Shown here one piece after another: positions 47,864-57,999 of a stretch of DNA of 64,000 bases; positions within the stretch are counted from its first letter, which is position 1; every line of letters starts with the position of its first letter. The notes beneath the pieces are model-generated. The model saw only the letters and a list, made by a program, of their open reading frames with translations, did not search any database and was not told the DNA's origin. The DNA comes from Polyangiaceae bacterium. GTDB lineage: Bacteria > Myxococcota_A > Polyangia > Polyangiales > Polyangiaceae. Made by a program: the position numbers and the translations under genes. Location: assembly GCA_965222375.1 (NCBI GenBank), contig CBDCTZ010000016.1, forward strand, positions 1,312,001-1,376,000. Direction: 5' to 3'.

Positions 47864-48961
47864 TCACCGCGGCGCGACGCGATCTCCCTTTCTAAACGTG
47901 TAACCCTCAGGCTCCGATTTGGAGGCCCCTTGCTGCAACTCTACCTTGTCAAAAGCCGGCTCCACGCCAATTGCCGTCGCGACATCCGCGCGATCTTGCA
48001 GGTGGAAGTGCAAGTGGGCCTCGCTCGAATTGCCGCTGTTGCCGCACAAGCCCAGCAGCTGGCCCGCGCGCACCACCGTTTTTGGACGAACACGGATGCT
48101 TCCCGGGGAAAGGTGCGCGTACAGTGAATACTCACCCTCGCCGTGCTTGATCACGACGGCGTTGCCGAGCGCGGAGTAGCCATTCATGACGCCGGGCGTG
48201 TTGTCTGGCACGCCGTCGATGACAGTCACTACCGTGCCCTTCGCTGCCGCCAAGATCTTCTTGCCGTAGGCGAAGTAGTCCGAATTCTTCTTGCCGTCCC
48301 CCTTGTAGCTCTTGCCCGTGCTGTCGAGCACGAGCAGGTCGGCAGCACGTTGCTGGTTCTTGTGAGTGATGTGCTTGTTGTCAGTGAGGTTGTCTCCGCC
48401 CCACACCACCGCCCACTGCCCTTCAAAAGGCAGCTGCAGCGAAGTCTTGGTTCGAGCTACCGGTGCTGGTGGCGGTGGCGGCGGACGGAAGTACAAACCA
48501 GCGATGGCACCCGCTTCATCGAGGGTCAAACTGGAGTGAATCTCGCCACCCTTCCCGAAAAGGCTGAACTCGCCGGTGCGCTGAGACAGCTTCCTGACTT
48601 CGATTCGTTCGAAGGGACCTGCCTTGCTCAGACCATGGCATACCTCGCGCGTCTTCTCCTGGCTCAACGCCTTCCGCATGTGTGCGTTGAAGCGACCGTA
48701 GATGTCGTCACAGGCTCGTGTCTCGAGCTGGCTGACCAGCAGCTCGTGGGCCTGGAAGATGGCGGGAGGCTTCAACCTTGGGGCTGGTGGCGTGGTCACC
48801 GAACGAGATTCCAATGTGGGCTGTGCCTTGCAGGCTGGACATGGGCGCCGTGCATCCGTCGCAGTTGGCGCGCAAGCAGCGGTCCCCACGCCCAGAATGA
48901 GGGCTAGGTGGAGCCTGGTGGCAGTTGGTCGTGAGAGCATCCGGTTTACTAACCCATTCAT
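47864..48961 (-). CDS. M23 family peptidase lipoprotein with DUF3887-like N-domain
   Basis: AADL, GNAVVIKH, YAHL, GNSGNSSEAHLHFH; lipobox TAAC. Confidence 0.9.
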   Translation of the reverse strand: MNGLVNRMLSRPTATRLHLALILGVGTAACAPTATDARRPCPACKAQPTLESRSVTTPPAPRLKPPAIFQAHELLVSQLETRACDDIYGRFNAHMRKALSQEKTREVCHGLSKAGPFERIEVRKLSQRTGEFSLFGKGGEIHSSLTLDEAGAIAGLYFRPPPPPPAPVARTKTSLQLPFEGQWAVVWGGDNLTDNKHITHKNQQRAADLLVLDSTGKSYKGDGKKNSDYFAYGKKILAAAKGTVVTVIDGVPDNTPGVMNGYSALGNAVVIKHGEGEYSLYAHLSPGSIRVRPKTVVRAGQLLGLCGNSGNSSEAHLHFHLQDRADVATAIGVEPAFDKVELQQGASKSEPEGYTFRKGDRVAPR

Positions 48962-48988
48962 CCTAATTTGGGTAGGGTGCGTCCTTCG

Positions 48989-49534
48989 ATGCCTCGTTAC
49001 ATCGCTTTCCTGCGCGCCATCAACGTTGGTGGCCGCACTGTGAAGATGGAGCGCCTGCGCAGCGTATTCGAAGAGCTTGCGCTGAAGGATGTCGAGACCT
49101 TCATCGCCAGCGGGAACGTGATCTTCAGCACCCGCGTTGCGTCCCCAGGGAAGCTAGAGCAGCGAATCACGACTCACCTGCGCAAGGTTTTGGGCTACGA
49201 GGTCGCTACGTTTCTGCGCACGCCAGAGCAGCTTGCTGAGGTGGCCCATCGAGAGGCGTTCGGCGATGCCTCCAGCATCAAGAAGCCTGCCGCCCGCATG
49301 GTGGCCTTTCTGCACTCTGCGCCAACGTCTGAAGCGCGAGCAAAGCTGATGGCACTCAAGTCCAGCCAGGATGACTTTGCCGTGGTCGGGCACGAGGTTC
49401 ATTGGGAGTGTCGTACCAAGATCAGCGAGTCGAAGTTCTCCGGCTCGGCGCTAGAGAAGGCGCTTGGGCGGCCTGCGACGATGCGCAGCATCACGACGAT
49501 TCAGAAGCTCTCGAGCAAGTATCCGCCGCTCTGA
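48989..49534 (+). CDS. DUF1697 family protein
   Basis: YIAFLRAINVGG, VETFIASGNVIF, ATMR. Confidence 0.92.
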   Translation: MPRYIAFLRAINVGGRTVKMERLRSVFEELALKDVETFIASGNVIFSTRVASPGKLEQRITTHLRKVLGYEVATFLRTPEQLAEVAHREAFGDASSIKKPAARMVAFLHSAPTSEARAKLMALKSSQDDFAVVGHEVHWECRTKISESKFSGSALEKALGRPATMRSITTIQKLSSKYPPL

Positions 49535-49649
49535 CGGCTGCCGGCTTGCGCGCTGTCCTGGGTAATTTGCCTCGGGATTGACCCCAGTGCGCAACTCTTG
49601 CACATCTTTCGCAGGGCCCTACCGGGTTCCATGATGCGGGTCTCGATTG

Positions 49650-50309
49650 ATGGGGTCGTCCATATCCAACAACTACGCTGACTCGGCAGCGCCCGGCGAC
49701 GCCGAATTGGGGAAGGTGAAAGGGGCAGCCGTTCGCGCCTTCCTGACGTGGTACCACGACCAATTTGGCCGTGCGGGCGTGGAAGCCCTGCTGAAGCACG
49801 TACCGGATGACGTGAAAAGCGACTTTGACGTTGCGCAGCCGGACTTGGGGATCCTCACGTCGGGGTGGTACTCCGCGAAGTTCATTCACGCATACTGCGA
49901 TGCGTTGACCCGGGTTCACGATCGGATCGAACTCGACAAGATCTTGCGCCAGGGCGTAGTCGCCACCATGGAGAAGAACCTTCAGAGCGTCTACAAGCGC
50001 TTCTTCCTCAGAGTGCTCATGTCGCCGGAACGCTACGTCAAGTACTGCCAGAGCCTGTGGGGCATGCACTTCGACAATGGGACGCTGGATGTGCGGGCCG
50101 AGGGCACGTGCGCCCTACGCTGGAGGATCCACGACTGGCGCAGCCATCATCGGATCTTGTGCCAGATGGTGACGTACTCGGAGCCAGCGGTATTTGGTGC
50201 GATGGGATGCAAAAGAGTCACCTCCGTCGAGAAAGGTTGCGTGACATTGGGGGATGATCGTTGCGAACATGTCATCCGCTGGTCCAATGCCGCGTCGATT
50301 CCACCATGA
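49650..50309 (+). CDS. Myxococcota-type V4R/DUF2378-like protein
   Basis: VKG...GWY...W..HFDNG...C..LGDDRCE..IRW pattern. Confidence 0.6.
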   Translation: MGSSISNNYADSAAPGDAELGKVKGAAVRAFLTWYHDQFGRAGVEALLKHVPDDVKSDFDVAQPDLGILTSGWYSAKFIHAYCDALTRVHDRIELDKILRQGVVATMEKNLQSVYKRFFLRVLMSPERYVKYCQSLWGMHFDNGTLDVRAEGTCALRWRIHDWRSHHRILCQMVTYSEPAVFGAMGCKRVTSVEKGCVTLGDDRCEHVIRWSNAASIPP

Positions 50310-51412
50310 CGGACTTGTCACCTCGTCTGAGTAGCGCGCAGATTCAGCTCTTTGCTGCGAGCACGATGTTGGTGGCGCTGGTTGGGCTGCTTTGGCTCAG
50401 TGCGTCACCCATGCCCGAGATGCTCGCTGGGGTCACGCGCGTGAAGCTGCCCAAGGTCCGCATCGTGCAGTTGCCAGATCCTCTCGATGCGAAGCGCCCC
50501 CTGCGCCTGCGCGAAGATCTTCGGCGCAGACCCGATGGACTCTATGCTCCAGTGGATCCCCGCTGGCCGCCTGCGGCACCTAAAGGTGCCAACCGTGGCA
50601 AGGGTTTCAAAGTCACCGAAGAGACCGGCGACCCCTGTGCGCCTCCGGACACGGGTCCCGGGATGTTCACCAAGTGGAAGCCCGCTTCACCGGTTGGTGT
50701 GTACAGCCTGCCCGAGCAGGGCGGCGTCGCGGACAACGGGGACTTCGACCTATTGATCCACTTTCATGGACATGATCTGGCCTGGCTTGCTTTCGTTCAG
50801 GCAAACACTCCCATGGTGATGCTGGGTGTGCAGCGAAAGCGCGGCAAGGACTGGCGCACCCAGCTTGGAGGTCCCGACGCCTATCGCCAGTTGGTGGACG
50901 CTATGGAGCAGACCCTCGGCCGCGTCATGAGTCGAGACGTCCGGGCGAAACGCGTGGCTCTCGCCGCGTGGAGTGGCGGTTACGAGGCGATCTCCACGCT
51001 ACTCGAGCAGAGCACCAATGTGGATGCCGACGCGATCATCATGCTCGACGGTCTGCACATTGCTCGACGCCCAGAGGTCGCGGAGTATCAGTTGCGCCCA
51101 TTCGTGAAGCTAGGAAAGCGCGCGATGAAGAACGAGGTGTTTGTGTTCGCGACTCACTCCTCCGTCGTGCCAGATGGCTACGCATCCACCACGGAGAGCA
51201 CACATCGATGGCTCAATGCCCTGGGCACCCGAGCTGTCATAGTTGAGCGTCAAGATCCCCCGGGCATCCCGCTGAAACACGCGTTTAGTCGTGGTGCTCT
51301 TCATGTGCGGGGCTACGCGGGCGGCAGCAAGCCCGACCACTGCGCGCAGCTTTCTCTGTATCCAGCGGCGCTGCGGGGGCTGTCTGCCTGGCGGTCCGAT
51401 CGCGAGCTATGA
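50306..51412 (+). CDS. Membrane-anchored alpha/beta-hydrolase-like protein, paralog of the C-terminal domain of 14413-15594
   Basis: HFHGH, AAWSGGY, LDGLH, HSS..PDGYASTTE, HVRGY.G..K.DHCA. Confidence 0.82.
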   Translation: MTDLSPRLSSAQIQLFAASTMLVALVGLLWLSASPMPEMLAGVTRVKLPKVRIVQLPDPLDAKRPLRLREDLRRRPDGLYAPVDPRWPPAAPKGANRGKGFKVTEETGDPCAPPDTGPGMFTKWKPASPVGVYSLPEQGGVADNGDFDLLIHFHGHDLAWLAFVQANTPMVMLGVQRKRGKDWRTQLGGPDAYRQLVDAMEQTLGRVMSRDVRAKRVALAAWSGGYEAISTLLEQSTNVDADAIIMLDGLHIARRPEVAEYQLRPFVKLGKRAMKNEVFVFATHSSVVPDGYASTTESTHRWLNALGTRAVIVERQDPPGIPLKHAFSRGALHVRGYAGGSKPDHCAQLSLYPAALRGLSAWRSDREL

Positions 51413-51468
51413 AGCGGCTATTCTCGGAGATCCCCCGGCTCGGTGGATCGTATCCATCACAATCCGCC

Positions 51469-53424
51469 ATGAAATCCTCGCTAGTTCTCCGCCTGTGCGC
51501 CCTGTCAGCCCTGCTTTTCCTGGCTTCTTGCTCCTCCTGCAGCAAATCCAAAGGGACGGGTGTCAGAAAGGGCTCCGGTCCGAGCCACACCCAGCTGGTA
51601 GTGCAGAAGGGCACGAAGAAGTCGCTGACGGCCTTCAAAGACGAGAAGGATCTCAAGGGCTTTCTCGACGAGTTGGTTGAAGCGCAGCGCAGGGACAAGA
51701 AGTCGCGGCGCCGCGCGGGAGGCCAAGCGAGCCCTCCACCGGCCGCGGCCGCAGAGCCCGAGTCAGCTGCAGCCGACAAGTCGGAAGACAGCGCTGAGGA
51801 ATCGGTAACCAATGTGCAGCACGCTGGCGTTGACGAGGGGGGGATCGTCAAGCTTCATCGCGGGCACTTGATCGTCTTGCGGCGCGGCCGCTTGTTCACG
51901 GTGCGCATCGACGCGGGCGCTCTAGCGCCAGTCAGCAGCATCAACGCTTTTGGGCCGGACGTTTCTCCCAGGGGCGCCTGGTACGACGAAATGCTGGTCA
52001 ACAACGGGACCATCGTGGTGGTTGGCTACAGCTATCAGCGTGGTGGAACCGAGCTTGGTCTGTTCAAGATGGATGAGGCTGGCAAGCTCAGCTACCGCGC
52101 GACATACCACTTGCGTTCGAACGACTACTATTCCTCTCGAAACTACGCGAGCCGTCTGATCGGCAACAAGCTCATCTTCTACTCGCCGCTATACTTGCGA
52201 TTGCACCGGGGCACGCCTCTGGACTACTTCCCGGCGATGCGCCGCTGGAAGAAGGGCGCCACGAAGGCGGACTTCAAGCGGATCATCGACGCCAAGCGAG
52301 TGTACCGACCGCTGATTCCCTCCCGGAGTCTGGCGTTGCACACCGTGACAACGTGTGACCTGTCAACGCCGGAACTCGACTGCAAAGCGACCAGTGTGAT
52401 GGGCCCACCCGGGCGTGTCTTCTACGTGTCTCCGTCTTCCGTGTACGTCTGGATGACCCAATGGGATAGACGAGGCAAGCGGCGAGTGCCGCGCTCAATT
52501 GCCTATCGGTTGCCTCTCGACGGTGGAGAGCCGACTGCACTTGGCGTCGCTGGTAGTCCGATTGATCAGATGTCCTTCCGCGAGGGCAGGGACGAACACC
52601 TGAACGTGCTGGTGCGTGCCAACGGAAGCGGCGAGGGCATGTGGGGCGCGGAAGTTACCAGTGGCGACATGGCACTGCTGCGGGTGCCGCTGAGCATGTT
52701 CGGCGATGGCACCGAAAAGGCGTCTTCGAGCCACTATGCTGACTTGCCGAAGCCCAAGGGGTATGCGGTGCACAACCGCTTCGTCGGGGACTACATCCTG
52801 TACGGCACTGGTTCTGGTTGGGGGCGCCCCAGAAAACCTGTCGATTCCAACGTGTTCGCGTACCGCTTCGCAGGCGGAAGTGAGCCTGCGGCTTTGCCCC
52901 TACCCCATGGCGTGGATCGCATCGAAGCACTCGGCAAGAATGCCGTCGCCGTGGGGTCGGACGGCACGGATCTCTTTTTCACTCCCGTGGACCTGGCAGG
53001 AGATCCGACTCTCAAACCGGCGTACAGGCGAGCCGGAGCCAATCAGGGTGAAACTCGCAGCCACGGGTTCTTCTACAAGCCTAAGAGCGACACCGAAGGC
53101 ACCCTCGGCTTGCCCATCGTGGCACGAGGCCGGCCCGGGCACCGTCAGCTCACCCGTGGTTCCGCCTCGATACTGTTCCTCAACAACCGGAACTTGTCGT
53201 TCTCCGAGGTCGGTACGCTCGAAGCCCGCCCGGGCGTAGGGCAGAACGATGGCTGCCAGGCGTCCTGTGTCGACTGGTACGGCAACGCTCGACCGCTTTT
53301 CTTCAAGGGGCGGATTGTGGCGCTCCTAGGTTACGAGCTCGTGGAAGGCGCTCTCGATGACGGCCGGTTGTCCGAGAAACGGCGGACCAGCTTCGCACCC
53401 GCGGGCAACGTTATCGCGCGCTGA
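51469..53424 (+). CDS. Secreted beta-propeller domain lipoprotein (Beta_propel-like)
   Basis: SVTNVQHAGVDEGGIVK, LRSNDYYSSRNYASRL, CQASCVDWYGNARP. Confidence 0.88.
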   Translation: MKSSLVLRLCALSALLFLASCSSCSKSKGTGVRKGSGPSHTQLVVQKGTKKSLTAFKDEKDLKGFLDELVEAQRRDKKSRRRAGGQASPPPAAAAEPESAAADKSEDSAEESVTNVQHAGVDEGGIVKLHRGHLIVLRRGRLFTVRIDAGALAPVSSINAFGPDVSPRGAWYDEMLVNNGTIVVVGYSYQRGGTELGLFKMDEAGKLSYRATYHLRSNDYYSSRNYASRLIGNKLIFYSPLYLRLHRGTPLDYFPAMRRWKKGATKADFKRIIDAKRVYRPLIPSRSLALHTVTTCDLSTPELDCKATSVMGPPGRVFYVSPSSVYVWMTQWDRRGKRRVPRSIAYRLPLDGGEPTALGVAGSPIDQMSFREGRDEHLNVLVRANGSGEGMWGAEVTSGDMALLRVPLSMFGDGTEKASSSHYADLPKPKGYAVHNRFVGDYILYGTGSGWGRPRKPVDSNVFAYRFAGGSEPAALPLPHGVDRIEALGKNAVAVGSDGTDLFFTPVDLAGDPTLKPAYRRAGANQGETRSHGFFYKPKSDTEGTLGLPIVARGRPGHRQLTRGSASILFLNNRNLSFSEVGTLEARPGVGQNDGCQASCVDWYGNARPLFFKGRIVALLGYELVEGALDDGRLSEKRRTSFAPAGNVIAR

Positions 53425-53465
53425 AATCGCGCAACTGACCGTCCCACGGTCCCGATACCAAACTG

Positions 53466-53487
53466 CCCACCCCAAATCGGGGGTGGG
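53466..53487. terminator. Hairpin between convergent genes
   Basis: CCCACCCC-AAATCG-GGGGTGGG. Confidence 0.5.
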
Positions 53488-53526
53488 GAAATTTGAAATG
53501 GTTTGTGTAGCGGGTCCTGCGATGGG

Positions 53527-53585
53527 GGGCCAGCGACTCGGCGGGTCTGGCGAGGGCGGGCCAGTGACTCGGCGGGTCTGGCTAG
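53527..53585. repeat. Tandem direct repeat, period 31 nt
   Basis: GGGCCAGYGACTCGGCGGGTCTGGCKAG at 53527 and 53558. Confidence 0.85.
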
Positions 53586-54895
53586 AGCAGATGGGGCTGC
53601 ACGCTGCCGTTGGGATCCCGCAGCAGAAGCGCGCGTCCTGATGAAGTGCGCGCCACCAGGACGGGATACAACGCGCCTCGAGATGTGCTGCGCTGAGGTT
53701 CGCGGAAGGTGCCAAGCAAGTACGGTATGACGCCGCTGACTTCCGTCGTCACCGTGAGGGTGAGCGCGGCGTCATCAAAGCGTGCGATTTGTGTTCGCCA
53801 CTTCACGAAATAGTAGCCAGGCACATCCGGTTCGGAGGGGTCCCGTGAAGGAGAAAGGAGCCATTCATCGCTCCCATCGCCGTCGAGATCGGAGATATCC
53901 CAAAGGAACAGATCTTTGAAGGTCTTGGCATCGGCGACAGTTCCGGGTGCGGTTACGTGCAACACCCAATGGCCACCTTCATACACGTTGAAAAGCCAGT
54001 CGCGACGGTCCGCTTCGTTTCACCCACGCCCCGGCCGGGTACACCACGCGACCCTCATACTGGTTGCCGTCGCTGTTGTCGTGGGCGTAGCTGAAGAAGC
54101 GATCGCTAACCGAACCGGTGCTCACGTCGTACAGGGTCACATGACGTTCAATCTGGTGGAGGGGTAGACATAGCTGCCCAGTTTCTGAAACCCGCTCCCG
54201 CCATGTTCCAGGAACGCTCCGTCCGTCGCGTAGTAGGCCTGCAAGGAAAGTACTCTCTTGCTCCCGAAGAGCACGTCGATGCCCGTCCACTGTTCCGTGG
54301 GGTACGTCGCCGTAGGGAACGTCCAACACTTTGCGGGCTGGGGCGGTTGCAAGCTGGTCACGGTCCCATCTTTGCCGCTCACAACCTCCAGCCAGGTATC
54401 CAACATCGGCTTGCCACCGCAGGTTTGCCCCGAGTCCTTGCTACGCACCAGTCCTGCGTCCACCACGCCATCTGCGTCGTGGTCGAAACCGCCGAAGAGG
54501 CTGCCAGCGCCGACGTTCTTCTTCCACAGGGTCACACCCACTTCGTCGACCAAAGCCAGGTCGTCGCCGGAGCGCTCGAAGGCCGTCGCGCGCGTCGGAA
54601 GCGCACCAGCGCCAACCGGATACAGCGCGAGGACGCTTCCATCGCTTCGCAGCAATGCGTTCCCTGGCGGGGGCGCTGGGGCCGAGTCCGCTCCGACTTC
54701 GGCCGTTGAACCATCCGCGGCGTCGCTCCCGGAGTCGCTCCAGCTTGACCCGTCGAGGGTCACATCGAAACCCGCGTCAGCAGAGATGCCCGAGTCTGCG
54801 CTTGCCTTGCTGGCCGGGTCGTCACCACCGCAGCGGAGGGCGGTCATCAAGAGCGCCGCGGCTGCCGAGAGCTGTATCGCTTGTGTGCCCCGCAC
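53582..54895 (-). pseudogene. Disrupted lipoprotein with FG-GAP-like Ca-binding motifs
   Basis: Three consecutive frames; junction near 54156 (YVYPST|QIERHV) and one extra base in an A/T run at 53991-53994; DHDADG and DLDGDG motifs. Confidence 0.72.
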
Positions 54896-54931
54896 GAGCT
54901 CAGCCTACCACCCGGCGGGATCCGCTCAAGC

Positions 54932-55597
54932 TCAGCACCAAGACTGGCCGCCCTCCGGCGCCCGCGACAGCTCCCGCACGTTGGCTTCGATGACTCGATA
55001 GCCGACGTTGCCGTTCAGTCGCTGCCTGCCTTCGTTGAAAACGAACGTTGGGCTCACCTCGACCGAGTACAACTTGGCGAGGTTGAGCCCACGCGACAAT
55101 TCTGCGTGAGCCCTCCCCGAGTAGAGCAGCTCTTCGATCTTGGGGACCGAAAGACCGATCGCGTCGGCAACCTCAAGTTGAGCCTTGCGCCTTGATATGT
55201 CGATCGCATCCTGGAAGAACGCTAGGCGCAGGGCCCAAGCCGCCTTTCGGAACATTTCCTGGTCGTGCAGCTTCACTGCGGCCAAGAAGATGTGGCACCC
55301 GAGGGAGGAGGTGGGGACGACCTTCGCCCAGACGTCGGGATGAATGGATACGTGATCGAATTGAGCCACGACGTCCCGCACGTGCTGCGCATAGGTGGCG
55401 ATGCCACCCCGGTCCTTCCACCGCGCCTCTAGTTTGCCGCGGGCGTCGCCGAACACGGTCATGAAGTGACAATCGGTGACGACCTGCTCACCGAAAGCGC
55501 TTTCGAGTTCGTTCAGGCGAGCCTGACCCACGTAGGCCCAGGCGCAGAGCACGTCGGAAAAGTACTGAACGCTCACAGGTTTCGGTTGTGCTTCCAT
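54932..55597 (-). CDS. DsbA/FrnE (DSBA-like thioredoxin fold) protein
   Basis: YFSDVLCAWAY, SPTFVFNEGRQRLNGNVGYRVIEAN, C-terminal SWC. Confidence 0.85.
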   Translation of the reverse strand: MEAQPKPVSVQYFSDVLCAWAYVGQARLNELESAFGEQVVTDCHFMTVFGDARGKLEARWKDRGGIATYAQHVRDVVAQFDHVSIHPDVWAKVVPTSSLGCHIFLAAVKLHDQEMFRKAAWALRLAFFQDAIDISRRKAQLEVADAIGLSVPKIEELLYSGRAHAELSRGLNLAKLYSVEVSPTFVFNEGRQRLNGNVGYRVIEANVRELSRAPEGGQSWC

Positions 55598-55631
55598 CAC
55601 CTGGGAGCTTATGCCGAGATGCGCGTAGAAT

Positions 55632-56129
55632 GTGGGCATGAGGTTCGCCCACATGATCTCGAGCCTACTCTGCCTCACCGCTGGTTCAGCCTGCGGCGGC
55701 ACGCACCCAGCGAAAACACCGGACGCCAAACCGCAGCCCTCCAGCGCGGAGACACCCGAGTCAGCGTGTATCGCCCAGGCGGGTGCCGAGGTCGAGCCAG
55801 CGGCGGACGTGCCCGAACAGATCGCGGTTTCTCACATATTGGTTCGCCACAAGGACCTGAAGCGCCCTGAGGGTGCGACCAGAACCCGGGGTGAGGCTTG
55901 CCTACGTGCCCTGGCGGCTCGGGAAAAACTGCTGGAGGGAGGCGAGTGGGATGGCGTGTCCGAAGAGTTCAACGATGCTGCGGGTGTGACCGGTGGCGAT
56001 CTCGGCAGCGTGTCGAAAGACCAGCTCGATTCCCGCTTCGGGGACGTGGCATTTGCACTCGGGGCTGGCGAACTCAGCCATGTCGTGGAGACCGAGCGCG
56101 GATTCCACGTGATCGCGCGCACGGAGTGA
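55632..56129 (+). CDS. Parvulin-type peptidyl-prolyl isomerase lipoprotein
   Basis: SHILVRH, GGDLG, F...AFAL..GELSHVVETERGFHVI; lipobox GSAC. Confidence 0.92.
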   Translation: MGMRFAHMISSLLCLTAGSACGGTHPAKTPDAKPQPSSAETPESACIAQAGAEVEPAADVPEQIAVSHILVRHKDLKRPEGATRTRGEACLRALAAREKLLEGGEWDGVSEEFNDAAGVTGGDLGSVSKDQLDSRFGDVAFALGAGELSHVVETERGFHVIARTE

Positions 56130-56143
56130 ATCGCTGGTGAGCT

Positions 56144-57961
56144 TCACAGCGCGCTTTGCAGAAATGTGAGCAACGCGGCCCGTTCGGCGTCGGTCAGGGA
56201 AAACTCCCCGGCGTCCGGGTCGAAGTTCGAGGGCGCGATCCCAAGACCCTTGCCACTACCCGCGGCATAGAAGTCCACCACTTGCGCGAGGGTCTTGAAG
56301 GAACCGTTGTGGAAGTAGGGTGCGGTCTTGCTCAAGTTGCGCAGGCTAGGCACCTTGAAGGCGTGGGAGTGGAGCGCACGCTTGGTGATTCCTCCTCGTC
56401 CCAGGTCCGGGTCGATCTGCTTCGTCTTCGGCCGGCTTGGAACGCCGATCGAGGAAATCTCGGTCGTAGTGAAACGAGGCGGTGCGGTTCCGCTCGTCAG
56501 TGGCAGCCGATGGCACCTGCTGCAGCGGGCGCGCCCATAGAACACGTCGAAGCCGCGGAGCTGCTCCGCATTCAGAGCGCCCAACTCGCCGCGGACGTAG
56601 CGGTCGAAGGACGTGTTGTCATCTACGAGGCTGCGCTCGTGCTCTGCCAGCGCGTGCTTTATGTTCGCAATAGTCACGCCGTCACGAAAAGCTCGGCGCA
56701 TCTCCTCGACGAGCTGGTCGTCCTTTTGGAGCCGCTTCCAGATGACTTGCCAATCTCCGCCCATGTCGTTTTCCACGGCGATTTCGACCTGACGCATGAG
56801 GGTGCTAGCCCGCCCGTCCCAGAAGAACATCGGCTCATAGGCGATGTTGACCAGCCCAGGCACGTCTCTGGCGAGGGACTTGCCGTTGAAGGCGCGAGGA
56901 CGGATCGGGCCAGCAGACAGTGCGAACTGGGTTCGGTGACAGCTCGCACAGCTCATGGACTGCTTCGCGCTCAAGCGTTTGTCCTGGAATAGCTTCTTTC
57001 CGATGCGGGCCTGCTTGTCGTTCAGGGGCCTTCCTGGCAGGCGAGGGAAGGTGGCGACGCTGACGACTTGCGCGTGGGGCCTGCCGCTGCCTGCTGGGCG
57101 CTGGGGGGCGAAAGGGGCAGGAACGACCGCGCCTCGTTGTGCAAATAGCTCGCGTAGCGCGGCGCCGAGTCGGGCGCTCAACACCAGGCCGGTCAGTTTG
57201 TCGTGCAACCGATCTCCAGGCTCCTCCTTTCGCTGGCGTAGCCATTGCTCGAACTTTCGAGCCGTGGACTTCACTTGAAGGGATTCCGCACCCACCCCCG
57301 ACTTCGCTAACAGCCGCGCATATCGCGTCAGCGCGCGGCCACTGCTCCAAACGTCGATGTGGGCCTCCTCGGCGCTCTCGCTCCTGGAGCCATCGAGCAA
57401 CTTTCCCCAGTTGAAGACGCCCTGGCTCAAAGCTCGCGCGACCAAGCTGCGGCGCATGGAAAAAGTGCGCGCCTCGCTCGCTGCCAGCCGTGCTGCGGGT
57501 TTGGTCCGCGCGAGGACCTGCTTCACCCGTCCAAAATCCACGGGCTGCTGCAAGAGGGCGTCACCCAGGGCACGCAGACCCAAATCTTCGGGGATCTCGT
57601 CGGGTTCGTCTTCGTCGGGCTCCAGCGTGGACGAATAGGTCAACAGCTCTGCAATTGGGAGCAAACGTCGGAAAGCCTTCCGCAAGTCCAAGTAGGCCGC
57701 CCACGCGCGCTTGGGATCCTCAGCGGCCGCCGCGCGCTCCACCCGCTCGAACGCCGCACTCAGAGCGTCGCCGTCCCGGACTGCGATGGGCCGGAGGAAC
57801 GATAGGTCGCCGCCACCCAGCGCGCGTCCGGAGCGGTCGGCCCCTGGCATGGCGCTGCTGCTGCCCGCCGCAGAACTTGCAGCGGAGCCGTGACGATCCG
57901 GAGACGATCGGCAGGCCGTGAGCAAGAGCAGGGCGAGCGCGATGGGAGCGAGCGCATTCAC
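56144..57961 (-). CDS. Di-haem cytochrome c peroxidase/MauG family lipoprotein
   Basis: CASCH and CSRCH, FFWDGRA, FKVPSLRN..KTAPYFHNG, VVDFY. Confidence 0.92.
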   Translation of the reverse strand: MNALAPIALALLLLTACRSSPDRHGSAASSAAGSSSAMPGADRSGRALGGGDLSFLRPIAVRDGDALSAAFERVERAAAAEDPKRAWAAYLDLRKAFRRLLPIAELLTYSSTLEPDEDEPDEIPEDLGLRALGDALLQQPVDFGRVKQVLARTKPAARLAASEARTFSMRRSLVARALSQGVFNWGKLLDGSRSESAEEAHIDVWSSGRALTRYARLLAKSGVGAESLQVKSTARKFEQWLRQRKEEPGDRLHDKLTGLVLSARLGAALRELFAQRGAVVPAPFAPQRPAGSGRPHAQVVSVATFPRLPGRPLNDKQARIGKKLFQDKRLSAKQSMSCASCHRTQFALSAGPIRPRAFNGKSLARDVPGLVNIAYEPMFFWDGRASTLMRQVEIAVENDMGGDWQVIWKRLQKDDQLVEEMRRAFRDGVTIANIKHALAEHERSLVDDNTSFDRYVRGELGALNAEQLRGFDVFYGRARCSRCHRLPLTSGTAPPRFTTTEISSIGVPSRPKTKQIDPDLGRGGITKRALHSHAFKVPSLRNLSKTAPYFHNGSFKTLAQVVDFYAAGSGKGLGIAPSNFDPDAGEFSLTDAERAALLTFLQSAL

Positions 57962-57999
57962 GCGACAAGGTGTAAGCTCTTCACCGGAGGTCGGCCAGG

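Noticed and set aside
53527..53585. Mini-CRISPR
   Set aside because: Two units separated by 3 nt; no spacer-length sequence
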